Source: Planctomycetota bacterium (GTDB lineage: Bacteria > Planctomycetota > Planctomycetia > Planctomycetales > Planctomycetaceae). From it: 64,000 nt of DNA. The notes below the pieces were generated by a model. It had not been told where the DNA came from. It saw only the letters and a program-made list of their open reading frames with translations, and ran no database searches. Of the stretch, positions 7,976-17,244 are shown piece by piece. The DNA is taken from contig CAUZOL010000001.1 of assembly GCA_963581435.1 (NCBI GenBank), positions 4,731-68,730 of the forward strand, read 5' to 3'. The translations under genes were made by a program, and so were the position numbers. Position 1 is the first letter of the stretch. Every line of letters begins with the position of its first letter.

Positions 7976-9706
7976 GTGTCACCGTCACCCGAATTCAGCC
8001 AAAGAACGCTCGCCGACTTGACGTTATTGTACGGCGACGCTGCGCCAGCGTGCCGCGAACGGTTTGTTTCGGTGTGCGAAAGACACCGCCCTGCAACAGT
8101 TCGTCCTGCTGAATCGCTGTGGAACGAACGCGACGTCGTCCTCATCACTTACGGAGATCAGATTCACAGCAACAACGAGACACCACTAGCGGCGTTTCGG
8201 TCGTTCATCGAGGACGAATCACTTGCCGACCTGTTCAGCACAATTCATCTACTGCCGTTCTTCCCGTATTCTTCGGACGACGGATTCTCCGTAATCGATT
8301 ACCGTCAAGTCGATCCAAAGTTGGGCGACTGGGACGATGTCGAGTCGTTGAACGAGACATCATCTTTGATGTTCGATCTCGTATTGAATCACTGCTCATC
8401 GCAGAGCCAATGGTTTCAAGATTACCTGGCGGGCAGTGCGCCGTTTGATCGGTTCTTCATCGAAGCCGATCCCAATACAGACTTGACCGCGGTCACGCGT
8501 CCCCGCAGCCTGCCGCTGCTTAGTCCGTTCGAGACGAACCGAGGGACGCGGCATTTGTGGACGACGTTCAGTGACGATCAAATCGACCTCAACTTTTCCG
8601 AGGTCGATGTGTTCATCGAAATGATCGACATATTGTTGTCATACGTAGACCGCGGCGCGCGGATTGTTCGCCTCGATGCCATCGCCTACCTTTGGAAGAC
8701 AATCGGCACCTCGTGCATTCATCTGCCGGAAACACACGCCGTCGTGCGGTTGATGCGAGATGCGCTGGACGCGGTCGCCCCCGGCACAATCTTGTTGACA
8801 GAGACCAACGTGCCGCACGAAGAAAACGTCAGCTATTTCGGTGACGGCGACGAAGCACACATGGTCTACAACTTCAGCCTCGCTCCGTTGTTGCTCGACG
8901 CGTTTCTTTCGCAGGATGCCGGCCCGATCAATGCCTGGCTGGCCAACTTGGAACCGGCGAAACCGGGCACGGCCTACTTCAATTTCACCGCGTCACACGA
9001 TGGCGTCGGCGTGCGACCGTTGGAAGGATTGGTTGAGCCGGAACGCTTCGAACGGCTGGTGGAATCCGTCCGTTCGCGCGGCGGACATGTCAGCACGAAA
9101 CGCAACGCCGACGGAAGCGACAGCCCGTACGAATTAAACATCGCGTATTTTTCCGCTCTCGGTCCGCCGATCGACGACCCCGGCAGCGTTCCCCCCGAAT
9201 TGCATGTGCGGCGGTTTCTTTCATCACAGGCGGTCATGCTCGCCCTGCGCGGGATTCCCGGCGTGTATTTCCACAGTCTGGTCGGCACGTCAAACGATCT
9301 CGTCGGCACACAAGAAACCGGGCGGGCACGCTCCATCAACCGCCGCAAGTTTCACCGCGATGAACTGAACGACCGTTTGCGGAATTCGACGGCAGCCGAA
9401 AAACAGGTATTCGACGGGTATCAGCATTTACTCGCATCACGAATCGAACAACCTGCCTTTCACCCCGATGCTGCGCAGGCGTTCGTCGATGCTGGTGACC
9501 CAACGGTGGTTGCCTTCCTGCGAAGCAGTTGCGACGGACAACAGCAAATTCTGGTGCTGACCAACGTCGCCGAGCGAACGGTGACACTCACGCTTTCAGA
9601 TTGCGTGGATTCAACGGACGGCCACGATCTGCTTGGCGGTCCCAATACGGAAAACGGCCACCTTATTCTACAGCCATTTGCAACCGCGTGGCTGGAACTC
9701 GCCTGA
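7976..9706 (+). CDS. GH13_18 sucrose-phosphorylase-family enzyme (context suggests glucosylglycerate phosphorylase)
   Basis: ORF 7877-9706. I prefer the in-frame GTG 7976, because 7877-7975 overlaps the previous gene and repeat F2. Catalytic motifs: RLDAIAYLWK, LTETNVPHEEN, FTASHDGVG. Confidence 0.8.
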   Translation: MSPSPEFSQRTLADLTLLYGDAAPACRERFVSVCERHRPATVRPAESLWNERDVVLITYGDQIHSNNETPLAAFRSFIEDESLADLFSTIHLLPFFPYSSDDGFSVIDYRQVDPKLGDWDDVESLNETSSLMFDLVLNHCSSQSQWFQDYLAGSAPFDRFFIEADPNTDLTAVTRPRSLPLLSPFETNRGTRHLWTTFSDDQIDLNFSEVDVFIEMIDILLSYVDRGARIVRLDAIAYLWKTIGTSCIHLPETHAVVRLMRDALDAVAPGTILLTETNVPHEENVSYFGDGDEAHMVYNFSLAPLLLDAFLSQDAGPINAWLANLEPAKPGTAYFNFTASHDGVGVRPLEGLVEPERFERLVESVRSRGGHVSTKRNADGSDSPYELNIAYFSALGPPIDDPGSVPPELHVRRFLSSQAVMLALRGIPGVYFHSLVGTSNDLVGTQETGRARSINRRKFHRDELNDRLRNSTAAEKQVFDGYQHLLASRIEQPAFHPDAAQAFVDAGDPTVVAFLRSSCDGQQQILVLTNVAERTVTLTLSDCVDSTDGHDLLGGPNTENGHLILQPFATAWLELA

Positions 9707-9801
9707 AAGAACCACTGCGATTCTCACAACGGGAAGTCGTTCTGACCTCTGATTTCTCACCTCTGATATCATTCGCGTTTCACTGTTGGTGAAGCTCTCG
9801 C

Positions 9802-10569
9802 TCACTGCGATTTCTTCGCCGCCTGCAATTTATCGTAGTGCAACCGTCCCACGTGCCACATGTAACTGGGGCCGTATCCCGCAGTGGGTCCCCATTTGTT
9901 GGCGACGGCCTCCCGCAAGTGAGCTTTCGCCTTCTTCGCGTCACCGTGAATGTCGTAGTTCAGCCCGATGTAAAGCTGCGCATAGAACAGCCGCTTTTCT
10001 CGCTCGTCTTTGTCGATTTTCGCCTCAGCGATCGCAGCGAGAATTTCCGTCGGCGTCATCGTTTCGCCGAACAGTTTGTATACCGAGGGGAATGGTTCGC
10101 GGTCGTCCTTCTTGTACTTCAGCAATCCCTTGCGAGCACGCTTCACGTCGTAGGCTTTGGCCTGCGAAAAGAATCGCCAGATGCCGTTCTCTCGATCGAT
10201 ATTGTCGAACGTGTCATAAATTTCAAATTGGTGAGCCGCCTGCTTGAAGTCGCCGGCGTAAAACCAGGCAATCCCTCGCCGCCAGTGTGATTTTTCGAGT
10301 CGTGGATCGAGTTCGACCATCTTCTCATAATCGGCGACCGATTCTTTGAATCGCCCGCGGAAGAAATAGGCATCGCCGCGACGCGAATAGAATCCCACTT
10401 TCTTCGGGTCGGCCTCCAGCTGTTTCGTGAACTGGGCAATCTGCTCATCGAGCGATGTTGCCAGTTCCTTTCGCTGTTTCTCGGGCAAAGGATGATCCTC
10501 GGCATGCACTCCGGTGACGATCAAGCACGCCGCAACAACGGCGGCGGCTATGCGGTAGGTAACAAACAT
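9802..10569 (-). CDS. secreted TPR-repeat protein
   Basis: ORF to 10635; ATG 10569 gives signal peptide MFVTYRIAAAVVAACLIVTGVHA. TPR-like repeats such as RGDAYFFRGRFKESVADYEKMVELDP. Confidence 0.7.
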   Translation of the reverse strand: MFVTYRIAAAVVAACLIVTGVHAEDHPLPEKQRKELATSLDEQIAQFTKQLEADPKKVGFYSRRGDAYFFRGRFKESVADYEKMVELDPRLEKSHWRRGIAWFYAGDFKQAAHQFEIYDTFDNIDRENGIWRFFSQAKAYDVKRARKGLLKYKKDDREPFPSVYKLFGETMTPTEILAAIAEAKIDKDEREKRLFYAQLYIGLNYDIHGDAKKAKAHLREAVANKWGPTAGYGPSYMWHVGRLHYDKLQAAKKSQ

Positions 10570-10644
10570 CGGCAATCTCGAATTGATGATGCGGCGAATG
10601 AATCGAAGCCGAAATCCGGCGACCAGATGCGTCATTTATATCAG

Positions 10645-12036
10645 CTATTTCCAGACGTCAGCAATCGCATCGAGTTTTTCTTCACCCAGATATCCATAAC
10701 GATTGATCCAAACACCGTCGGCATCGCTGTCGGCCACCAGTTGCAGACGGCGGCGAAAATCATCGGGCGGGCCATAACCGTGCACCAATGGCGTGACGAT
10801 GGCTTGTCCGGCCGTCGCGCGACAAACCTTCGCAATCTTGCGGGCTTGCGGTTCATTGGGAATGGGATGCGGTTCGTCGGGGGCTGGGTAACCGTAGTCG
10901 TCTAAATGGCATGACTCGGGGTTGTCCGAGATATCCATTAGCGTCACCAGCGTGCGGGCTAAAAGTGTTTCGTCGAGATCCGGGTTGGCGGCGAGAATTT
11001 CGTCGCCCCAGAACTTCACCATCAACGACCAGTGCATGGTGTATAGTTTCGGCGAGACGGCATCACAATGAACGGCCGCACGGGCGAAGTCCAAGCCGGT
11101 GAGTAAAGTGTAAGGCGGCATGAACGCGTTGGCCGACAATTCACATTCGGGACCAGCGTATTCGGTGATGGCATCCCGCCATTCGCGGAGCATGTCGGCG
11201 GAGAGTTCCGCCTTCATCTGCAACCACTGGGCAACGCCGGGGTATCGGCCGAACCATGAAATCAGCGAATACATTCCTCGATCAGGATCGGCAAAGCCGG
11301 CCAGGTCTTCGTTCGATAAGTCGCCGTGCAGGTGATCCCACAACGCCCCGACATCGCGGCGGATCGACTCGATGTCGAAACCATGTTGCTCGGCCCAGGC
11401 GATGGCATGCGGACTGAAGTCGGCAAAGACCTCGCCCAATGTGTAGCACGGGTACTCCGGCCAATCGGGCCGAAATCCGCTGATCTTCGGGTACGCGGCA
11501 AGCAAATCGCGGATGTAAGCGCGGTTGTAACTGCGGACGGCATTGCTCGCCAGACTGCCGGTATTCGCCAGGCGATTCGCTGCCAATTCACCGTTGGGCA
11601 GCCGCGGCTTGTCCTCATCGCGCAGACCACTTGGTTGTGCCGACCCCACTTGAAAATAGACTTTCACGCCGGCATCGACGGCAGCATCGATGAACTGGCC
11701 AATCACCGCTCCGTGTTTCGCGGTCAATTCGTTCGGTTGGCGGGGCGTGTAAGGCGAATCGGCATAGAAATCTTTGTTCGGCGAATAACTCACACCACCT
11801 TGAACCCACAACGACTTTTTGCCGAACAGCGAGCGGTCGAAGACGCGGGGGCTTGCGCCGGCGTCAATCGGCGGCTGAAAGCTCCCCTCACCTTCGGGAG
11901 CCGCAGCGGTCACAGTGGGATTGCAGGCGGCCGCCGTCGCGCCGACCCGCCGCAAATTCTCCACAACCGCATCCACTCCCTCGCTGAGAATGAAGTCGCC
12001 GAGTACCGTGATGCCGAGAAAACGCCGATTAGCCAT
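10645..12036 (-). CDS. hypothetical protein, 463 aa (possibly TIM-barrel/glycosidase-like; function unknown)
   Basis: Long ORF with protein-like composition and no motif I can name. The opposite-strand ORF 11326-12060 looks like a shadow ORF. Confidence 0.6.
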   Translation of the reverse strand: MANRRFLGITVLGDFILSEGVDAVVENLRRVGATAAACNPTVTAAAPEGEGSFQPPIDAGASPRVFDRSLFGKKSLWVQGGVSYSPNKDFYADSPYTPRQPNELTAKHGAVIGQFIDAAVDAGVKVYFQVGSAQPSGLRDEDKPRLPNGELAANRLANTGSLASNAVRSYNRAYIRDLLAAYPKISGFRPDWPEYPCYTLGEVFADFSPHAIAWAEQHGFDIESIRRDVGALWDHLHGDLSNEDLAGFADPDRGMYSLISWFGRYPGVAQWLQMKAELSADMLREWRDAITEYAGPECELSANAFMPPYTLLTGLDFARAAVHCDAVSPKLYTMHWSLMVKFWGDEILAANPDLDETLLARTLVTLMDISDNPESCHLDDYGYPAPDEPHPIPNEPQARKIAKVCRATAGQAIVTPLVHGYGPPDDFRRRLQLVADSDADGVWINRYGYLGEEKLDAIADVWK

Positions 12037-12110
12037 TTTGTCTCATCGTGTTTCGAGTAAGATGGGTCTGTTCAACACAGACGATTATGGAACGCAAAAC
12101 GCGGCGTTAC

Positions 12111-12170
12111 CAGCCCGCAGCGCGAGCAAGGGTTTCCGCATCCCTAAACCCTCGCTTGCGCTGCGGGCTG
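12111..12170. repeat. family-A long hairpin repeat, copy 1
   Basis: Arms CAGCCCGCAGCGCGAGCAAGGGTTT and AAACCCTCGCTTGCGCTGCGGGCTG (two imperfect pairs). Core AGCGYRAGCRARGG. Confidence 0.8.
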
Positions 12171-12280
12171 TTGTTTTGTCGAGTTTGAACGCCGAGCCGT
12201 CCCGCCGGACTTGCAGGGACGGGACATTTTCGCGATGATACTCCCCTTAATCCAAGTTCGAGACAAGGAACAGAGACAAA

Positions 12281-12535
12281 ATGGCGCATAAGAAGGGTCA
12301 GGGTTCAACCCGCAACGGTCGCGATTCGACGGCACAACGCCGCGGAATCAAGAAATTTGGCGGCGAGGCCGTTATCGCTGGCAATATTCTGGCAAGGCAG
12401 TGCGGCACGAAATGGCATGCCGGCCGCAATGTCGGTGTCGGCAAAGACTACACGCTGTACTCGCTTGTAAACGGCACGGTCTACTTCGACCAAAAAGGCC
12501 GTCGCATGAACGTTGAACTTGCCGAAACGGCGTAA
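12281..12535 (+). CDS. rpmA: 50S ribosomal protein L27
   Basis: [16 protein letters not shown]...RGIKKFGG...[15 protein letters not shown] is the canonical L27 sequence. Confidence 0.95.
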   Translation: MAHKKGQGSTRNGRDSTAQRRGIKKFGGEAVIAGNILARQCGTKWHAGRNVGVGKDYTLYSLVNGTVYFDQKGRRMNVELAETA

Positions 12536-12554
12536 TCAACGACGTTGCATGTTT

Positions 12555-12588
12555 GCCCCCAAAGCCGCCGGGCTGCGTCCCGGCGGAC
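12555..12588 (+). repeat. family-F stop-proximal stem-loop, copy 3
   Basis: GCCCCCAAAGCC, then perfect stem CCGCCGGG/CCCGGCGG with loop CTGCGT. Lies 20 nt after the rpmA stop. Confidence 0.8.
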
Positions 12589-12590
12589 CG

Positions 12591-13349
12591 CTAGGGCAAC
12601 AGCACCCGCCCGCCACTGGCAACCAGCGTTTGGCCGGTGGTGAAGCTTGATCGCTCCGACAGCAGAAACAGCACAGTCTGCGCGATCTCCTCAGGGCGGC
12701 CGATGCGAGGAATTGGTGTCGCATCCACAATCGTGTCGAGTGCTTCCTGCGCGACGCCCTCCAGAATCTCGGTCGCGATCAAACCGGGGGCAACCGCGTT
12801 CACGCGAATGTTATGCCCGGCGATTGCTTCGGCCAACGACTTCGTGAGAGCCACCACCCCCGCTTTGCTCACTGCATAGGCAATCGACATCGGCCGCGCG
12901 CGCAAGGCCGAGATTGATGCCACATTCACAATGCGGCCGAACTGTTGGGCGATCATTCCGGACTTCACAGCCCACGTTGTGAAATAGGTTCCCGTCAAAT
13001 TGATGTCCAGCGTTCGCTGCCATTGTTCCGGTGTCGTTTCCTCGTGTGACACGTAGTCGAAGATTCCGGCGTTGTTCACCAGCAGATCGATCGGCCCCAA
13101 CTCTCCCTCAATGTCGGCCACCATGCGATCGACCTCTTTGGCCGAAGAGACATCGGCGCGGACAATCATCGCTCGCCGCCCAGTTGATTCGACGAGTTTC
13201 GCGGTCTTTTCGGCCGCCTGTTGGTTGCTGTGATAATTGACGGCAACATCGGCACCGGCGGCGGCAATGGCTTCACAGCAGGCGCGGCCGATGCCTCTTC
13301 CGCCACCTGTTACCAGCGCGATGCGCCCTTTCAAATCCGGGTCGCTCAT
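12591..13349 (-). CDS. SDR-family oxidoreductase (FabG-like)
   Basis: 252 aa. TGGGRGIG cofactor motif, NNAG, and the YAVSK catalytic Y-x3-K. Confidence 0.85.
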   Translation of the reverse strand: MSDPDLKGRIALVTGGGRGIGRACCEAIAAAGADVAVNYHSNQQAAEKTAKLVESTGRRAMIVRADVSSAKEVDRMVADIEGELGPIDLLVNNAGIFDYVSHEETTPEQWQRTLDINLTGTYFTTWAVKSGMIAQQFGRIVNVASISALRARPMSIAYAVSKAGVVALTKSLAEAIAGHNIRVNAVAPGLIATEILEGVAQEALDTIVDATPIPRIGRPEEIAQTVLFLLSERSSFTTGQTLVASGGRVLLP

Positions 13350-13370
13350 AGATCACTCACATTAAGAACT

Positions 13371-13403
13371 GATCCCGCAGGACGCGGCCTGCGGGCTTTG
13401 GGG
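13371..13403 (-). repeat. family-F stop-proximal stem-loop, copy 4
   Basis: The minus strand reads TGA-CCCCAAAGCC-CGCAGG-CCGCGT-CCTGCGGG. Perfect 8-bp stem, starting directly after the kbl stop. Confidence 0.8.
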
Positions 13404-14588
13404 TCATACGTTGAGTTCTGCTTTCACTTTTGCGAAGGCGTCGATTGCGAACTGCAGATCGCCTTCGCTGTGCGCGGCCGAAACCTGCACACGAATTCTC
13501 GCTTCGCCTTGCGGCACAACGGGGAACGAAAACCCAATGACGTACAGCCCCAGTTCTAACAACCGGGCTGCCATCTTCTGCGCGAGAACTGCATCACCCA
13601 ACATAACCGGAATAATGGGGTGTTCGCCGGGCCGAAGATTGAAACCGCTGGTTGTCATGCCGGCGCGAAAGATTTCGGCGTTGCGGCGAAGCGTTGCCAG
13701 TAGTTCGCTCGATTCCGATAAAATCTCCAACGCACGAATTGACGTGGCAACAATTGCCGGCGAGACGGAATTTGAGAACAAGTACGGCCGCGACCGTTGC
13801 CGCAGCATGTCGATAATTTCCTTCCACCCGCTGGTGTAACCACCGCTTGCGCCGCCGAGCGCCTTGCCCAGCGTACCGGTGATGATATCGACACGATCGA
13901 TCACCCCGTGATGCTCCGGGGTTCCCCGTCCGCGCTCGCCGACCACACCGACGGCATGAGAATCGTCCACCATCACCAACGCATCGTGCCGTTCCGCCAG
14001 ATCGCAGATGTCGTTGAGCCGGGCGATGTAACCATCCATCGAGAAGACGCCGTCGGTGGCAATCATCTTGAAGCGTGTCGATTTCGCTTCAACGAGTTTT
14101 GCTTCCAGATCTTCCATGTCGCTGTTCTGGTAGCGGAAGCGGGCCGCTTTGCAGAGGCGAATGCCGTCGATGATGCTGGCGTGATTGAGTTGATCACTGA
14201 TCACCGCGTCCTCGGGGCCAAGCAGCGTCTCGAACAGTCCACCGTTGGCGTCAAAACAGGACGAGTACAAAATGGTGTCCTCGGTCCCCAGAAACTCGCT
14301 GATCTTCGCTTCGAGTTCCTTGTGAATCTCCTGTGTTCCACAAATGAACCGCACCGACGATAGCCCGTATCCCCAGCGGTCGAGCGCAGCGTGCGCGGCT
14401 TTGACGATCTCCGGATGATCGGCCAGCCCAAGGTAATTGTTGGCGCACATGTTCAACACGCCACTGCCGTTGGCCACCTTAATGTGTGCCTCTTGCGGCG
14501 TGGTGATTATTCGCTCGTCCTTCGACAAACCGGCGCTGCGGATGGAGGCGAGTTCGGATTGGAGATGCTGTTGGAATGACGGATGCAT
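13404..14588 (-). CDS. kbl: glycine C-acetyltransferase (2-amino-3-ketobutyrate CoA ligase)
   Basis: [12 protein letters not shown]...[16 protein letters not shown]...[17 protein letters not shown] is near-colinear with E. coli Kbl. Confidence 0.9.
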   Translation of the reverse strand: MHPSFQQHLQSELASIRSAGLSKDERIITTPQEAHIKVANGSGVLNMCANNYLGLADHPEIVKAAHAALDRWGYGLSSVRFICGTQEIHKELEAKISEFLGTEDTILYSSCFDANGGLFETLLGPEDAVISDQLNHASIIDGIRLCKAARFRYQNSDMEDLEAKLVEAKSTRFKMIATDGVFSMDGYIARLNDICDLAERHDALVMVDDSHAVGVVGERGRGTPEHHGVIDRVDIITGTLGKALGGASGGYTSGWKEIIDMLRQRSRPYLFSNSVSPAIVATSIRALEILSESSELLATLRRNAEIFRAGMTTSGFNLRPGEHPIIPVMLGDAVLAQKMAARLLELGLYVIGFSFPVVPQGEARIRVQVSAAHSEGDLQFAIDAFAKVKAELNV

Positions 14589-14619
14589 AGGATGCGGTTT
14601 CTGTTGTGAGGACTATCCT

Positions 14620-14782
14620 CGTTCCCAAGCTCCAGCTTGAGAACGCACTTTTTACATATTGCACAAGGGCATCGAAGCTCTGCTTCGACTCGATCACGAC
14701 GCTGCGACCATTCACGCTCTTCGCGCCATTGTGCGAAGCGGAGCTTCGCTGGGGTGGGTTCCCAAGCCGGAGCTTGGGAACC
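14620..14782. repeat. array of four hairpins (family C) filling the tdh-kbl spacer
   Basis: H1 14620-14645 CGTTCCCAAGCT-CC-AGCTTGAGAACG. H2 14672-14688 TCGAAGC-TCT-GCTTCGA. H3 14733-14749 GCGAAGC-GGA-GCTTCGC. H4 14757-14782 GGTTCCCAAGC-CGGA-GCTTGGGAACC. Confidence 0.85.
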
Positions 14783-14792
14783 AGTATCATCG

Positions 14793-15827
14793 TCACGCAA
14801 CATCGGCCCAATTCAAGATCACCTTGCCCGATTGGCCGGTTTGCATCACCTCAAACCCTTTCTCGAACTCTTCATAACCGAAGCGGTGCGTGATGACCGG
14901 GCTGATATCCAAACCGCTCTGCAGCATGACGGTCATTTTGTACCAGGTGTCATACATTTCTCGGCCATAAATGCCTTTGATCGTCAGCATGTTGAAAATG
15001 ACCGTGTTCCAGTCGATACCGATCGGCTCGGTGGGAATTCCAAGCATGGTGACTTTGCCGCCGTGGCACATGTTGGCCAGCATGTCGCGGAATGCCTGCG
15101 GATTGCCCGACATCTCCAGCCCGACGTCGAAGCCTTCCTTCATGCCGAGTTTTTCTTGCACGTCGCCAATGCTCTGCTCGCGGACATCGACCGCGAGCGT
15201 TGCCCCCATTTTTTTAGCCAGGTCGAGCCGATACGGGTTCACGTCGGTGACGACGACAAACCGCGCGCCGGCGTGGCGAACAACCGCAGCCGCCATGATA
15301 CCGATCGGGCCGGCACCGGTAATCAGCACGTCTTCCCCCAACACGGGGAACGACAAGGCCGTATGCACGGCGTTACCAAAGGGATCGAAAATCGACTGCA
15401 CATCCGCGTCGATCACGTTTTCGTGATACCAGACATTGGTCTTGGGCAACGAGAGATATTCGGCAAACGCACCGGGCCGATTCACACCAATGCCCTTGGT
15501 GTCGGCACACAAGTGACGACGCCCGGCCAGACAGTTGCGGCAATGTCCGCAGACGACGTGTCCTTCGCCGCTGACAATGTCGCCCGGCTTGAAATCCCGG
15601 ACGTTGTCGCCGATTTCACAGATCGTGCCGACGAATTCGTGACCGACGGCCATGGGAACGGGAATTGTCTTCTGCGCCCAATCGTCCCAGTTGTAGATGT
15701 GCAGATCGGTGCCACAGATTCCGGTGCGGTCGATGCGGATGAGAACATCGTCGATGCCGTATTGTGGAATCGGCAGTTCTTCCAGCCACAAACCGGGTTC
15801 GCGTTTGTTCTTGACGAGAGCTTTCAT
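14793..15827 (-). CDS. tdh: L-threonine 3-dehydrogenase
   Basis: ORF to 15887; ATG 15827 gives [21 protein letters not shown], colinear with the E. coli Tdh N-terminus. Zn-ADH motifs GHEFVG and CGHCRNC. Confidence 0.9.
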   Translation of the reverse strand: MKALVKNKREPGLWLEELPIPQYGIDDVLIRIDRTGICGTDLHIYNWDDWAQKTIPVPMAVGHEFVGTICEIGDNVRDFKPGDIVSGEGHVVCGHCRNCLAGRRHLCADTKGIGVNRPGAFAEYLSLPKTNVWYHENVIDADVQSIFDPFGNAVHTALSFPVLGEDVLITGAGPIGIMAAAVVRHAGARFVVVTDVNPYRLDLAKKMGATLAVDVREQSIGDVQEKLGMKEGFDVGLEMSGNPQAFRDMLANMCHGGKVTMLGIPTEPIGIDWNTVIFNMLTIKGIYGREMYDTWYKMTVMLQSGLDISPVITHRFGYEEFEKGFEVMQTGQSGKVILNWADVA

Positions 15828-15986
15828 TGTTTCCATAACGGAGAATCCCTGTGGGAATAATTTGTGGCGTTCGTTGATGAGTGCCATTGGTCAATATCTG
15901 ATGCTGACTTTCGGAACCTCGTAGCGGGGTCAGCCTGTTGACAGTGCGGGTATTATAGGCGGCAAGTCTCTGCACGTGGATCGACT

Positions 15987-17090
15987 GTGGGGACAATTCG
16001 CGCGAATCTGTCAGGAAAACCCAACGGCGTGTCAGTGAACGACTTTCAGAAAAACGAACCGCTTGCTTCGGCAGCCCACGACGGCGAGACGATCACGTTC
16101 TTTCCCACCTACGGCTGCCGCAATCCTCAAGGGGGCGGTTGGAAAGTGACCGTGCATGGTTGGGTTTATCGGCCGAAGGAAAATTCGCTGAGACGCGCAG
16201 CGGTGTTGAGCCTGCTGCGACGCGCGGCCCGGATCGATCGCGACACGATGGCCAGCGTCACATTGAAGGGCCGTTTGCGACCGTTTCTGTTCGACAACAA
16301 ACGCGGCCGCCGTTTTTCGGTTGAATTGGGCCAGGTGATTCACGATCTACCGGCCTCAAATCCGAATGGACACTTTCACGTAACCCTCGATATTGCGGAT
16401 AACAGTCTGCCATCACCTGCAACAGCATCTCCCGATGAGTCGCTTCCATTTTCGGTGTTCAGCCAGGGCGCGAGCGAACGCACACCCGCAGGCGAAGTGC
16501 GGTTGATTGGTGAAGAGGGCGTGTCGATCGTTTCCGACATCGACGACACGATCAAGATCTCCGAGGTCACCAACCGCAGAGAATTGTTCGCAAACACATT
16601 CGTCCGGGATTTTCGAGCCGCACCGAAGATGGCCGATGCGTATCGCCATTGGGCGAGCGCGGGCGCATCGTTTCACTATGTTTCGGCCAGCCCGTGGCAG
16701 CTGTTCGATCCACTATCGGCGTTGTTGGCCGACCAGCGTTTTGCGGCCGGGAGCGTTCATCTGCGTAATTTCCGAGTCAAAGACCGTTCACTCATCGACT
16801 TTTTGACCGACACAGATGTCGCGAAACGAAAAGTCGCCGAGAAACTACTACACGACTTCCCCCGTCGCCAATTCGTGTTGGTGGGCGATTCCGGCGAACG
16901 CGATCCGGAAATGTACGCGGGCCTGGCACGAGATTACTCCGCGCAGGTTCGCCACATTTACATCCGTAACGTGACCGGCGAACAACGCGACTGCGATCGA
17001 TTCCGGATCGCTTTTGATGGCGTGCCGGAAAATAAATGGACGTTGTTTGATTCAGAGACCGGCCTCGACGCCGACGCGATCGGCCTGTGA
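15987..17090 (+). CDS. APP1/DUF2183-family phosphatase (phosphatidate-phosphatase-like)
   Basis: GTG start. Motifs VSDIDDTIK, YVSASPWQLF and LVGDSGERDPEMY. Confidence 0.6.
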   Translation: MGTIRANLSGKPNGVSVNDFQKNEPLASAAHDGETITFFPTYGCRNPQGGGWKVTVHGWVYRPKENSLRRAAVLSLLRRAARIDRDTMASVTLKGRLRPFLFDNKRGRRFSVELGQVIHDLPASNPNGHFHVTLDIADNSLPSPATASPDESLPFSVFSQGASERTPAGEVRLIGEEGVSIVSDIDDTIKISEVTNRRELFANTFVRDFRAAPKMADAYRHWASAGASFHYVSASPWQLFDPLSALLADQRFAAGSVHLRNFRVKDRSLIDFLTDTDVAKRKVAEKLLHDFPRRQFVLVGDSGERDPEMYAGLARDYSAQVRHIYIRNVTGEQRDCDRFRIAFDGVPENKWTLFDSETGLDADAIGL

Positions 17091-17244
17091 TTGTCGCCGT
17101 TCTGCAACGACAGGTTGGCAATTTCACATTGACGGATTCTGAGATTCCATTCCCTCGCATCGCGGCGTCGGTTATTCTCGCCGTTGGGACATGAACTTCA
17201 CGGCTGATTTGACAACTTCGATTCTCACCGGATAGGCAGAACGC

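Noticed and set aside
14637-15860. 407-aa plus-strand ORF
   Set aside because: It is antisense to tdh, and its 5' end runs through the hairpin array of the tdh-kbl spacer.
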